From positions 864,001 to 928,000 of the forward strand of contig CAWCAG010000009.1 of the NCBI GenBank assembly GCA_963793425.1: a DNA stretch of 64,000 bases, given 5' to 3'. The translations under genes were made by a program, and so were the position numbers. Positions 43,301-52,600 of the stretch are shown here, one piece after another (positions within the stretch are counted from its first letter, which is position 1; every line of letters begins with the position of its first letter). Below the pieces are notes generated by a model. The model saw only the letters and a program-made list of their open reading frames with translations, was not told the DNA's origin and did not search any database. This DNA is from an uncultured cyanobacterium (lineage in GTDB: Bacteria > Cyanobacteriota > Cyanobacteriia > Cyanobacteriales > CAWCAG01).

Positions 43301-45141
43301 TGGGGAACAGCAAAGATAACTGGATTCGTACCCTAGACGGTGACGACTTCATCGCTGGTCATGGTGGTAATGACCTCATTGAAGGAGGGGCAGGAATTGA
43401 TACTGTTAGTTACCAGTGGGATAACGGCAGCGTTGATGTTAACCTCTCCCAAAAAAGTGCCACCGATGGTTACGGAGATCATGACATCCTCAAAGATATC
43501 GAGAACGTTATTGGTTCCGAGAAAAGCGACAAAATTATCGGGGATGGACAAGATAATCTTCTCATTGGTGTTGGTGGCAACGATGAGATTTTTGGTAGAG
43601 GAGGGGATGACACCCTCGCTGGTGGAGAAGGAAACGACATTCTTGCTGGGGAGGAAGGAGACGACATCCTCCTGGGACAAGAGGGAGACGATGACCTCAG
43701 AGGGGGTGAAGGAGACGACCATCTTTGTGGTGGTGATGATAACGACCTACTCTACGGCGGAGACGGAGACGACACCCTGCAAGGGGGAGACGGCAACGAC
43801 ACCCTTCAAGGTTTTGAAGGAGATGATCAACTCGAAGGTGGCAATGGCAACGATGAACTCTCTGGAGGGGAAGGAGAAGACGACCTAGATGGTGGCTACG
43901 GAGACGACATCCTTTACGGTAACGATGATGCAGACCAACTATTTGGTGATGCCGGTGATGATTCCCTTTACGGAGGAACTGAAGATGATACCTTAGATGG
44001 TGGCCGCGGCAATGACTTACTGAAAGGAGAAGATGGTGATGACATTCTCATCGGTGGGGCTGGCAACGACCAACTCGATGGTAGTTTTGGTGATGACTTC
44101 CTTGATGGTGGGGCTGGTAATGACCTAATTGTAGGGGCTACAGGACGTGATCAACTTATTGGTGGGGCTGGCAATGATATCCTGGATGGCGGCTCTAATC
44201 AAGACAACCTTGATGGCGGTGCTGGCAATGATCAACTCATTGGTGGTAATGGTGATGATAACTTAGATGGTGGCTCTGGAGATGATATCCTAGACGGTGG
44301 CAACGAGGATGATCAACTCATTGGTGGTGCAGGCAACGATCAACTCATCGGCGGTAGTGGTGAAGATAACCTTGATGGGGGTTCGGGTAACGATACCCTA
44401 GAGGGGGGCAATGATGATGATAACCTCATCGGTGGCATGGGTGACGACAAACTCTATGGGGGTAACGACTACGATAACCTCGAAGGTGGTATTGGAAATG
44501 ATCTCCTTGATGGTGGTGAGGGCAAAGATACCCTGATAGGTGGTGCAGGTGACGATGAGTTGTACGGAGAGAAAGGTAAAGATCTTCTTGATGGCGGTTC
44601 TGGTGACGACTTTCTCTCCGGAGGAGATAATGCAGATAGGCTCTTCGGTCGTTCTGGTGCAGACCGTTTAGAAGGGGGAGAAGGCCACGATGAACTTTTT
44701 GGTGCAGACGGCAACGACTCTCTCTATGGAGATGGGGGGCGCGATGAACTAGAGGGGGGCAGTGGTGATGATTTGCTGTACGGAGGTGATGATGATGATG
44801 TCTTGCTAGGGCAATCCGGTAATGACTTCCTGTCTGGAGGAGAAGAAGATGACCTGATTGATGGTGGTTTTGGTCAAGATACCTTAGAAGGGGGAGAAGG
44901 CAAAGATACCTTCATTATGGCGAGGAATCAAGGTATGGATACTATTCTCGATTTCCAAGTTGGTACTGATGTTTTCGGCTTGTCTGGAGGACTGGAGTTT
45001 GCACAACTTTCCTTTAGCCAAGGAGTCGGTTCATCAGAAAAGGACGCATTTATCGGTTTTGTAAATACAGGTGAATTACTAGCTTCGTTGACAAACTTCC
45101 AAGCTGATACCTTAACAAGTGAAAGCTTCACCAACGTCTAA
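37315..45141 (+). CDS. giant serralysin-like (M10) zinc metalloprotease with RTX Ca-binding repeats; type I secretion substrate
   Basis: HEIGHALGLQH, Met-turn TVMSY, very many GGxGxD nonapeptides, C-terminal DTILDF...F signal. Confidence 0.9.
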   Translation: MSSPNVSPILSGKLWNSNSITYSFITDESKDLYEHKTKNRKIVAQSVTSDVVDFVEDIFEKVFEPFINLDFSKEEEIVEDTTFGFLPLVPEKKLTNAGIIRIMFDNDMTAPGAAFYPGDTSYKSKYGDIFLNPLEDFSLGPSSERYKTLIHEIGHALGLQHPHKGGMATSEDNGSNTVMSYNHTSPYYPISLMPYDMFALQTLYGAKGKYGGNEETIYKFRSVFEYSVDGTDYYKFSTDSSKESASPSKNTLWDSGGDSDVLNLSFLKPESIPVSGFHYYFNINPGGVITTAKSYYVGKSYDPVDSTGEGDSSLPEEKAISYGTFLAYSIGEFDATIENLIGSKGNDEIIGNYKSNDIKGGSGNDTIYGQAGEDTLVGGDGSDTIYGGTEDNSRDEIDGGSGIDYLHGETGNDYIEGGTEGDFLYGGPDDDQLRGDSGDDLINGEDGFDTVIYFNSPNGVIVNIDQANSYGHNRTARYNQEVSAINPDGYYRDLERSFSINAGKAIDGFDNTDTLQDIEGITGSEYSDILIGNTANNTVSALGGDDLVFGTVGNDSLYGGSGTDTISYRRASSGVNVDLFIIPFANGGQAFSDGEGGTDILINFENIVGSEHNDTLIGNLGSNVITGGNGVDVINGDAGNDFLYGERGNDTIIGGLGEDTIYGNQGVDTIWGDLEGDADSGFADTIRGGDGDDIIHAGGADDWVKGDSGYGDDQIWGDAGNDLLEGGVGNDAIWGGTGEDFIYGQDDNDTIYGESGEDYIEGNAGNDFINGNDGDDTISGNQDDDTIYGDSGNDNITGDDGQDYIEGNLGEDIISGGNDNDEIYGNEGNDLINGDAGDDTIAGNQDNDTIYGDDGDDNITGDDGQDYIEGNLGEDIISGGNDNDEIYGNEGDDLINGDAGDDTIAGNQDNDIIYGDDGDDNITGDDGQDYIEGNLGEDIISGGNDNDEIYGNEGNDLINGGAGNDTIFGNQDNDTIYGDDGNDNISGNDGQDYIEGNLGEDIISGGNDNDEIYGNEGEDLINGNNGDDQISGNEDNDTIYGDDGEDNITGDDGQDYIEGNLGDDTISGGNDNDEILGNEGNDLINGDAGDDTIYGNEDDDEIYGDDGQDYIEGNLGKDNISGGNDNDEIYGNEGDDLINGNAGDDTIAGNEDNDEIYGNEGNDLINGDAGDDTIYGNEDDDEIYGDDGNDNISGNDGQDYIEGNLGEDTISGGNDNDEIYGNEGNDLINGDAGDDTIYGNGDDDEIYGDDGQDYIEGNLGKDNISGGNDNDEIFGNEGNDLINGDAGNDTIYGNEDDDEIYGDDGQDYIEGNLGNDTISGGNDNDEIYGNEGDDLINGNAGDDTIAGNEDNDEIYGNEGNDLINGNDGDDQISGNEDNDTIYGDDGNDNITGDDGQDYIEGNLGDDTISGGNDNDEIFGNEGDDLINGDNGDDTIAGNQDNDTIYGDDGNDNITGDDGQDYIEGNLGDDTISGGNDNDEIFGNKGEDLINGNDGDDTIAGNQDNDTIYGDGGDDTITGDSGQDYIEGNNGDDTISGGDDNDEIYGNQGEDIINGNDGDDIIAGNQDNDTIYGDDGDDNITGDNGRDYIEGNDGNDNISGGRDGDTILGGQGEDNITGDGGDDTINGNSGDDIISGGLNNDTIFGDEGEDYIDAGAGNDFADGGDGIDLIYGREGEDTLDGGAGDDQIFGEAGNDTLLGSEGQDYFDGDIGSDYLDGGNDDDQMFGREGNDYLYGGAGNDNLDAAEGNDELFGGDGNDNLNAGNGNDILSGGNGNDNLDAGTGEDYLEGGTGNDILNAGAGDDVAEGGDGDDQIEGGDGSDYLNGGGGDDNIAAGAGDDLLLGGAGNDTMAGDDGDDELYGGEGNDSLDGGNGDDILDAGEGNDSLIGGAGDDELYGGDGDDFLDGGDGSDFIDGGAGVDQVTFATSTVGVRINLDDENSYEYHDYEYCDNDCDIEVANPEPRFALDPGEVYDEMDASDTLVNIEDIIASNQDDVMMGNSKDNWIRTLDGDDFIAGHGGNDLIEGGAGIDTVSYQWDNGSVDVNLSQKSATDGYGDHDILKDIENVIGSEKSDKIIGDGQDNLLIGVGGNDEIFGRGGDDTLAGGEGNDILAGEEGDDILLGQEGDDDLRGGEGDDHLCGGDDNDLLYGGDGDDTLQGGDGNDTLQGFEGDDQLEGGNGNDELSGGEGEDDLDGGYGDDILYGNDDADQLFGDAGDDSLYGGTEDDTLDGGRGNDLLKGEDGDDILIGGAGNDQLDGSFGDDFLDGGAGNDLIVGATGRDQLIGGAGNDILDGGSNQDNLDGGAGNDQLIGGNGDDNLDGGSGDDILDGGNEDDQLIGGAGNDQLIGGSGEDNLDGGSGNDTLEGGNDDDNLIGGMGDDKLYGGNDYDNLEGGIGNDLLDGGEGKDTLIGGAGDDELYGEKGKDLLDGGSGDDFLSGGDNADRLFGRSGADRLEGGEGHDELFGADGNDSLYGDGGRDELEGGSGDDLLYGGDDDDVLLGQSGNDFLSGGEEDDLIDGGFGQDTLEGGEGKDTFIMARNQGMDTILDFQVGTDVFGLSGGLEFAQLSFSQGVGSSEKDAFIGFVNTGELLASLTNFQADTLTSESFTNV
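39540..42120 (+). repeat. higher-order coding tandem repeat (189-bp unit of seven nonapeptides, with shorter variants)
   Basis: Near-identical DNA blocks at 39841 and 40030, 189 bp apart. Confidence 0.85.
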
Positions 45142-45354
45142 GTTGAGTTGAGTAGGCGTTGCATCAATATGGGAGAATACAGGATTTCTAGCTAAGTGTT
45201 ACAGAGGTTTTATGTGAAGCGATCGCTTCATTGTAATAGTTAAGTTTTTTAGATAGTAAGTGCGGGAAGTACCGAAATCAGGATAACCGTCCTCATAATG
45301 TTTATCCCCAAGTTCCACTATTGGAAGTTCTTTGTAACTGGGGAGAACAGCATT

Positions 45355-45465
45355 TAGCCAAGTTTCCCCAAAGCGAATAGACACTCACTCTTCTGATTAG
45401 TATTAGCCCCAGCTTCAATAAGCATATCAACAGTATCTATGTTGCTTTAGAAGCAAGGGGTTTTT
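45355..45465 (-). pseudogene. ankyrin-repeat gene fragment
   Basis: Minus strand NIDTVDMLIEAGANTNQK, no intact ORF. Confidence 0.45.
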
Positions 45466-45509
45466 AGGTATGGCTTGAATAAGAGGATGGGGAATTGGTA
45501 TAGTAGTTC

Positions 45510-45718
45510 AGAAAAACCAGAGCGAATGGCAACAAACACTCTGGCTGTCACTGAAGCAAGTCAATAATATCTCAAAACATCAATTGGGTGGAAGTGCAAG
45601 AATTTCTACCCATTATGTTTTTTCTCAGTAAACTGTCCTGAACCTTCTATTTGCTCTCGTAATCTAAAAATAGTAGATGCACCCTGATGCTAAACCCTGG
45701 CTTCGGTCGGGGTTTTTA
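45510..45718 (+). ncRNA. candidate structured sRNA of about 200 nt
   Basis: Promoter TTGAAT-N18-TATAGT at 45475-45504, internal hairpins, terminator at 45692-45717, no long ORF. Confidence 0.45.
45692..45717 (+). terminator. intrinsic terminator with UUCG loop
   Basis: AAACCCTGGC-TTCG-GTCGGGGTTTTT. Confidence 0.75.
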
Positions 45719-45919
45719 TCTTTATTCTCTGCTATCAATACTGTGCTTTGTTTCAGATACTGTAATCTGCTTTACTTTCAAAAAGCCTTAACGGTTTTCT
45801 TGTTCAGCGATAAATCCCGTCGTATTTGAGCCTGCAAATATATCAACTCTTCCCATTTTTTTCAAAATTCACAGTAAGCTAAATTGGTTGGTGCAAGCTG
45901 GGAGGATAAAAGTATAAAA

Positions 45920-47882
45920 GTGAAAAGTCTTTGGCAACAAGCAGAAGCGGCTCAATATCAAGGGGAGTTAGGGTTGCGAGTCTACACTTCTCGCTTATTA
46001 GGAAAAGATCCCTCTTTGGTATTGCATGGGGGCGGTAATACTTCTGTGAAAATATCCCAAAAGAATTTGGTTGGAGAAGAAGAAAATATTCTTTACGTTA
46101 AAGGTAGTGGTTGGGATCTTGCTACCATTGAAGAAGCAGGTTTTTCCCCTGTGCGGATGAAGCATTTGTTGAAGTTAGCGAAGTTGCCATCCCTCAGTGA
46201 TCCTCAAATGGTTAATGAGTTAAAAACCAATTTAACCCTAGCGACTGCCCCATCTCCTTCTGTTGAAACTATTCTCCACGCTACCTTACCCTACAAATAT
46301 GTTGATCATACCCATGCAGATGCGGTAGTAACCATTACTAACACAGCTAATGGGCAAGAGAGAATTGCTGAGATTTATAGGGATAGCGTGGTGATTATTC
46401 CCTATGTAATGCCTGGTTTTGAATTGGCTTTAGCTTGTGCCAAAAAGTTTGCTGCCGAAGCTACGGAAAATACTATCGGAATGGTTTTGTTGAACCACGG
46501 CATCTTTTCCTTTGGTTCCACAGCTAGGGAATCCTATGAAAGGATGATTCATTTGGTTAATCGTGCCGAAACATATCTGCAGAGGAAAAAAGCGATTTTA
46601 CCTCCACCAGAAATGAAGGAGATGGAGGAGAAAACTTTACGTTATACCTTAGCATCCTTGCGTCACAAACTTTCTACTACCGCAGGTTTCCCGCTTATTC
46701 TATCTACCCATCGCAACCCTAAAACCCTTAACTTTGCTAACCGGGAAGATATTCAAAAAATTTCTCAACAGGGGCCAGCTACTCCAGATCATGTCATTCG
46801 TACCAAAGCGATACCGATGTTAGGCAAGGATGTAGAAGGTTATGGGGAGAAATATCGGGAATACTTCAAAATCCATAGCAGTAAAGAACATCGGATACTT
46901 GATCCGGTTCCTAGAGTGATCCTTGATCCAGAATTAGGAATGTGTACTGTGGGTAAAAATGTTAAAGCTGCCAACATTGTTGCTGATATTTATGACCATA
47001 CAATCGATGTGATTAAATCTGCCACGGCTTTAGGTGGTTATCAAGCTTTGCCTCCTAAGCAGCTTTTTGAGGTGGAATATTGGGATCTTGAACAAGCAAA
47101 ATTAAGGAAAGGGGGAAAAGCGCCCCTATTCACTGGGGAGATTGCTTTAGTTACGGGGGCAGCTTCTGGTATTGGTAAAGCTTGTGTTGATTCTCTGTTG
47201 AAGCGAGGGGCGGCGGTAATCGGTTTGGATATTAATGATCAGGTTACCTCTATTTGGGACTGTCCTGATTTTTATGGTCTTACCTGTGATGTTACCAATC
47301 CTCAAGCTGCTATTAAAGCCTTAGAACAAGCAGTGAGAAAGTTTGGTGGCTTAGATATGCTGATCCTCAATGCTGGTATTTTTCCTGGAGGTTGTGGAAT
47401 CGCCGATTTAACTGATGCCCAATGGCGTAAAGTTATGGCAGTTAATCTGGATGCTAATTTAGCCCTGATGCGGGAATCTTACCCTTTCCTTAAACTTGCT
47501 CCCCAAGGGGGCAGGGTAGTGGTAGTTGGCTCCAAAAATGTCCCGGCCCCGGCCCCGGTGCAGCAGCTTACTCGGCCTCCAAAGCGGCTCTCAACCAACT
47601 AGCAAGGGTTGCTGCTTTGGAATGGGGCAAAGACAAAATCCGTATTAACAGCCTCCATCCTAACGCTGTCTTTGATACAGGTATTTGGACAGAAGAAGTA
47701 TTAAAAGATCGCGCTCAACATTACGGCTTAACCGTAGAAGAATATAAAAAGAATAATATCTTACAAGTGGAAGTGACGAGCCATGATGTTGCTGAATTAG
47801 CTGCGGAAATGTGTGGCCCCTCTTCGCCAAAACCACTGCTGCCCAGCTTCCTGTTGATGGGGGTAATGAACGAGTGATTTAG
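45920..47882 (+). CDS. bifunctional class II aldolase / short-chain dehydrogenase (two 1-nt frameshifts, likely sequencing errors)
   Basis: GGGNTS, KGSG, PSVE, HTHAD, TPDH, TGAASGIG, NAG; adding one C at about 47550 restores PGPGAAAYSASK and one C at about 47820 restores FAKTTAAQLPVDGGNERVI*. Confidence 0.9.
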
Positions 47883-47974
47883 GGAAAAAGCAGCAATACG
47901 ATCCTCACAAGTTGCGGTATAACCCTGGTAGGATAGTTTCAACAAACAGAAGAAACCCGATCAGTAAAACCTAT

Positions 47975-49399
47975 ATGAATAGAGTTGAGGGAGCAAATAT
48001 CGGACTCAAAAATAATTCTGCTCCTTTCCCTGGGAAAATGTGGAACAAAGTTGTTGCCTTATTAGCTGTTGCCAATCTCCTTTTAGTCTTGTTTAATCTC
48101 AGCTACATTCCCCTTCGGGATATTTATCTACGACAGATTCCTGCTTTGGTAGCTTTATATGATCCGATTAAAAGTATTGAAGCCCATCCCGATACTAGCC
48201 GCTATTTAAAAACAGTAGATGCTTTGACTCAGCAACTTCCTAAAGTAGGATTGCAAGCCCCAGCTACCAGAGAACTTTTTAATTTCTTGCGGCAACAAAG
48301 CACTGAGATGTTAGCAGAGAATCCCTTTTCTGTTGCTAATAAGTTTGGCACTTTTGCTAAATTGAAACGACGCATTGAACATCATCTTGATACTCAATCA
48401 GCAAAAGAAGCTTTTAATCAATTTTGGAGTCAGGACTATTTTACTAAAGTAAGCCCCCCAGAAGCATTAGGCTTTTTTGATAGCAAAATTCGCCCTTTAT
48501 TAGAAGTTAATTATTATCGTTCTGTGGATGAAAATGGTCAATTTATTGATGATTTTTGGCGCATTGATCTTTATTTTATGGTCTTTTTTGGGCTGGAATT
48601 TTTGTTAAGAAGTTTCTGGAAGTCTCGGCAAAGAGAGGATTTAACCTGGGGAGATGCCCTCTTACGCAGTTGGTACGATGGATTGATGTTACTTCCTACC
48701 TGGCGTTGGTTAAGAACTGTTCCGGTGGCAGTACGCTTGCATAAATCTGGTTTAATTAACTTAGAACGTATCCTGGCCCAGGTTACCCATGAACCCGCTG
48801 CTTACCTCGCTGATCGGGTGGGGATGTTTTTGATGGTACGCTTGATTAATCAAACTCAGGAAGCTGTGGAAACTGGGGAAGCGGCGAAGATGTTACTTCA
48901 GCCAGGGGATTATATTCAAGTTAGCGATGTAGATAAGGTTGATGCCATTCTAGATCGTATCTTGCAAATAGCTATTTATAAAGCCGTTCCTCAAGTGCAG
49001 CCAGAGTTAGAGTCTTTGTTGCATCATAGCTTGAAGGGAGCCTTCAAAAGCTCAGATTTTTACCAAGCTTTGCAACAAGTACCGGGGCTTTCTGCCCTGC
49101 CCCAAGAAGCTACTGAACAGTTAGCAGATTATTTATCCCAAGCTGCCTATGAGGTTTTGGCTACTTCCTACGGAGATGTGCAAGGAAGAGAGTTATTTGA
49201 GAATTTGACAGCAAATTTTAAACAAGTGTTGCGGCGAGAGTTACAGGATGAAAAAACTCAAGCAGAACTTCAATCTTTGTTAGCTGATTTACTTGAAGAA
49301 GTCAAATTAAATTACATTCAAGGTGCTAAGAAACAAGATCCAGAAGCAACTTTAGCTGAAGCAGAAAAGTTGCGGAATCGCCTAGAGAAGGAAATTTAA
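47975..49399 (+). CDS. hypothetical membrane protein
   Basis: Long ORF with TM segments and a helical C-terminus. Confidence 0.8.
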   Translation: MNRVEGANIGLKNNSAPFPGKMWNKVVALLAVANLLLVLFNLSYIPLRDIYLRQIPALVALYDPIKSIEAHPDTSRYLKTVDALTQQLPKVGLQAPATRELFNFLRQQSTEMLAENPFSVANKFGTFAKLKRRIEHHLDTQSAKEAFNQFWSQDYFTKVSPPEALGFFDSKIRPLLEVNYYRSVDENGQFIDDFWRIDLYFMVFFGLEFLLRSFWKSRQREDLTWGDALLRSWYDGLMLLPTWRWLRTVPVAVRLHKSGLINLERILAQVTHEPAAYLADRVGMFLMVRLINQTQEAVETGEAAKMLLQPGDYIQVSDVDKVDAILDRILQIAIYKAVPQVQPELESLLHHSLKGAFKSSDFYQALQQVPGLSALPQEATEQLADYLSQAAYEVLATSYGDVQGRELFENLTANFKQVLRRELQDEKTQAELQSLLADLLEEVKLNYIQGAKKQDPEATLAEAEKLRNRLEKEI

Positions 49400-49555
49400 G
49401 GAAGTTTAAAAGTCTTGCTGGGTTGCATTTGCTTTTTTCTCCCTTGACATGATATTATGTATATGGTGGAAAAGGTGCGCTCTTGGAAGCAATTTTTCAA
49501 CAAGAATTTAATTAACTCCGCAGCAACTTATATTTTGCTAGGCAATCTTAGACAG

Positions 49556-49655
49556 AATCCGGTTACTAAAGTACCTTGATAAAATTGACCGAATAAAGTT
49601 CTCAAACCCTTCTTTCTGCTCCCTACTCCCTGCTCCCTGCTCCCTGCTCCCTACC
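49556..49655 (+). repeat. dispersed repeat, copy 2 (head plus CTCCCTG/CTCCCTA heptamers)
   Basis: AATCCGGTTACTAAA...TAAAATTGACCGAATAAAGTTCTCAAA then TGCTCCC/TACTCCC units. Confidence 0.75.
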
Positions 49656-49676
49656 CTAACAGGTAACTCACACCAC

Positions 49677-52600
49677 TCAACACCGATTTGTATCAGATTG
49701 AGCCAAAATTAAGTTGAGAATATTTAATTCTTTAGAGTTCATCAAGTATTTATCACTAAAGGATTTATTTCTCATTTCTTTGAGGCTATAACTACGAAAG
49801 ACTAGGAAAGGAAATTTTTCGTATTTATGACCAATAGGAACAATTTGGGCAATAGGAAAGATGGATTTTAAATAGAATTCGAGAAGTTGACGAAATCTTT
49901 GATCTTCTGGTTCAATTTCTTTATTTTGGAAATAAACTGAAAAGACATCACCAACTAAGAAAATGAATAACGGGACAGCATAATATTGATCAAGATATTG
50001 GTTATCTTGTTCTAAGGTTTGGTGGCGATGCTGCTGCTTTTCTAATTCTTCGATGAGGTATAAGGTATCTCTTATCAAGGGCTGTATCTTTTTGGAGAGA
50101 TGGTTATCTTGTTGTAATTCTGAGAGTATTTCTGCTAGGGTTAATGTCTGATCATCTATTGTCAGTCGGTAAACTTCTTCTATTCTTTGTTTAGCCAAGG
50201 GTACTATAAGCAGGCTACCAGTTACATAGCCTATTTGCAGAGGTGGAAAATTTAGTAGTGTACTCAAGTTACTATTAATTGGTTTGATGAATGCTTGGCG
50301 GATATTCTCTAATAATTGCAAGTAAGATAAGTTATGCTCAGCAGCTTGATTAGAAGTCTCGTGGATAGTTATTTCCGTTGTCTTCATCAACTCTTGTAAT
50401 TGTTTATAAGCTTGTTTAAGTTGCAGATCGTGACTACATTTCCGATGTTCTTTTTTGAGTCCTTTAATTAAGTTTCTCACTTTACCGCTGACAGATTCAC
50501 CTGCGGTAAAAATTGATTTGCCCCCGACAGGAATCATTAGGTATTTTTCGTTAGCAATGTTACCGTAACCAAAGATTCTGGTTTTAATTGAGACGTGGAG
50601 AATAATTAGAAAATTGAGTATATTGAGTTTACTTTCTTGTAGAGAAAACTGACGATCATCAGCATCTTCTAGATAATAAACTGCTTGTTCATTGAGATAA
50701 AAAATTAATTGTTTATCTTCTTTGTCTATTTGAGGATTTCCTCTCCCTCTATATATAACTTGAATGACTTCCATTAAGTTAGCTTCAATTTCAAAGCGAG
50801 GAAGTTCAACTAAAATATGTTTGACATAGGGAAAGGATAAGCCACGACTAGCAGAGGCTGTCATAAAAATAAATTGAATTTCCCTATTATTCTTATATTG
50901 GGTTATTTCTTGTTTATCTGAGTCAGCGTGGATTTCTAAATAGTCTTGATAGGGAGTGAATTTGCCTCTGCTTTCTTGAAGAGTATTAATTAAATCCTGC
51001 AACCTGGCTTTATCTTGGATATAAATAATTATTTGTTCGTTTGGTGAGTGAGAGGTTATTTGTTCGATGTCTTTAATTATTTCCTTTTGGGAACTCTCTT
51101 CTAAGTCATATTTTTTGTTTGTGTATAACTTTTTGTTATTTGCTTGGAACCTTAAGGAATGAATAAGAGTTTTATAGGTGATTTGTAGGCTTTTTGCCGG
51201 GTAAGAATTGGTATTAACCGCAATAGCTTTATGACAATTGAAAGTGAAATACTCTTTGGTTAGACAAGAGTTATTTGGGGTAGCTTTTCTAAAAAATATT
51301 TTGTTAGGTTCAGCAGTAGTATCTGATAGGTGTTGTTGGATAACTTCGGAATCGACAATCGAAGCATCAGCGACAATAATTTTAGTATTAAAATAGTTTG
51401 GGTTAATTAATCGGTATTGTTTTAACTCCTGAGTTATTCTTGATAAAAAATCTACTCCGCTGCGATCGCCGGTAATTTCATCAATAGCAATGAAGATGTG
51501 TTTGACTCGTTGCGATAGCTGTTGTAACTTAGCTTCAAGGGGTTTTCCTTCAGCCTGATTATAAACATTCCTAAAAATGCGTTGAAAATGTTTTAAGGTA
51601 TCTCCTCTACCAGATAATTTCTTCAGGGATTGGATAGCAACAGTGGCGATAATATTGTTATGTCCATTATTAAGAAGGCTGTAAATAGCTTCGGAGATAC
51701 TATACAAAACACCTTTTCTATTGCTGCCACTGTCTTGTAAGCGAGTTGCCGTTTTTCTGGTTACCCTTGGGGAATTATTAGCAGTAAATTTAGGTTTTTC
51801 ACCTTGAGGGAAAAAATCAACAGCTTGTAAGGTAAAGGAATCTTTTCTTTTGTTGCTAGAATATTGTACGGTTGCTTTACCTTTGTTGTTACCAATTAAA
51901 AGGTGGTCACTATTAACAATTATAAGGCGATCGTCACAAAGCAAATTGCTGTGAGAATCTGTTTTAAATTTCTCGGCGATATCTAAATTGACTTGAGTAC
52001 GAGGGCTAATATAGAAAAAGAGAAATCCTTCTTGCAAAATCTGTTCTTGCTTAAGAAAGTTACTAATCGCAGTAGTTTTGCCAATACCAGGATTTCCGGT
52101 TAAAAATAGATACAAACTATCATTATCTGAAGACAAAGCTTGTTTAGTTAATTCGCTATGGGCTTGTTGTAAGTTCAACTGAGGTGATAAATTTAAGTTC
52201 TGAGCAATATTAGCTGGGATAGTATCTAAGTAGCTATTAAAATCGGTAAAGGTTTCTTGATGGGTGACTAAATGTATACCATCCTTTGCTATCTGCAATA
52301 AGTTATCAACAAATGTCTCTCCGTTAGCAAAGCTTCTTTTCGCTTTACGTTTAATCATTCTCAAAACTTGTTCCCTTGCGGAGGTAATTTCTGGGGGGGA
52401 ATAATCTTGACGGTAAATCTGGTAGCAAGTTTCTAAAACCTCAAGGTTATCTTGCTGAAGACAAAGAGAAGCATAATCGCGATCGCTATAGCCAATTAAG
52501 TTAAAAGTAACTTCATCTTCTGGTGAAATTTGTTGCTGAGATTTCAACCAACACCAGAAGCTATAGGCATAACTCCCGGCTTGGATAGTTTTCATCGTTT

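Noticed and set aside
39540..44900. Regularly spaced repeats that might be a CRISPR array
   Set aside because: In-frame coding RTX nonapeptides; no unique spacers, leader or cas genes
47540..47882. Separate ORF 47617-47877 or programmed frameshifting
   Set aside because: It is the C-terminus of the SDR domain, restored by adding single C bases; no slippery heptamer seen
49420..49660. Possible guide/tracr-like ncRNA downstream of the helicase (TTGACA and TGnTATTAT present)
   Set aside because: Promoter elements are ambiguous and the distal half is explained by the dispersed repeat also found at 28189; no repeat-spacer structure
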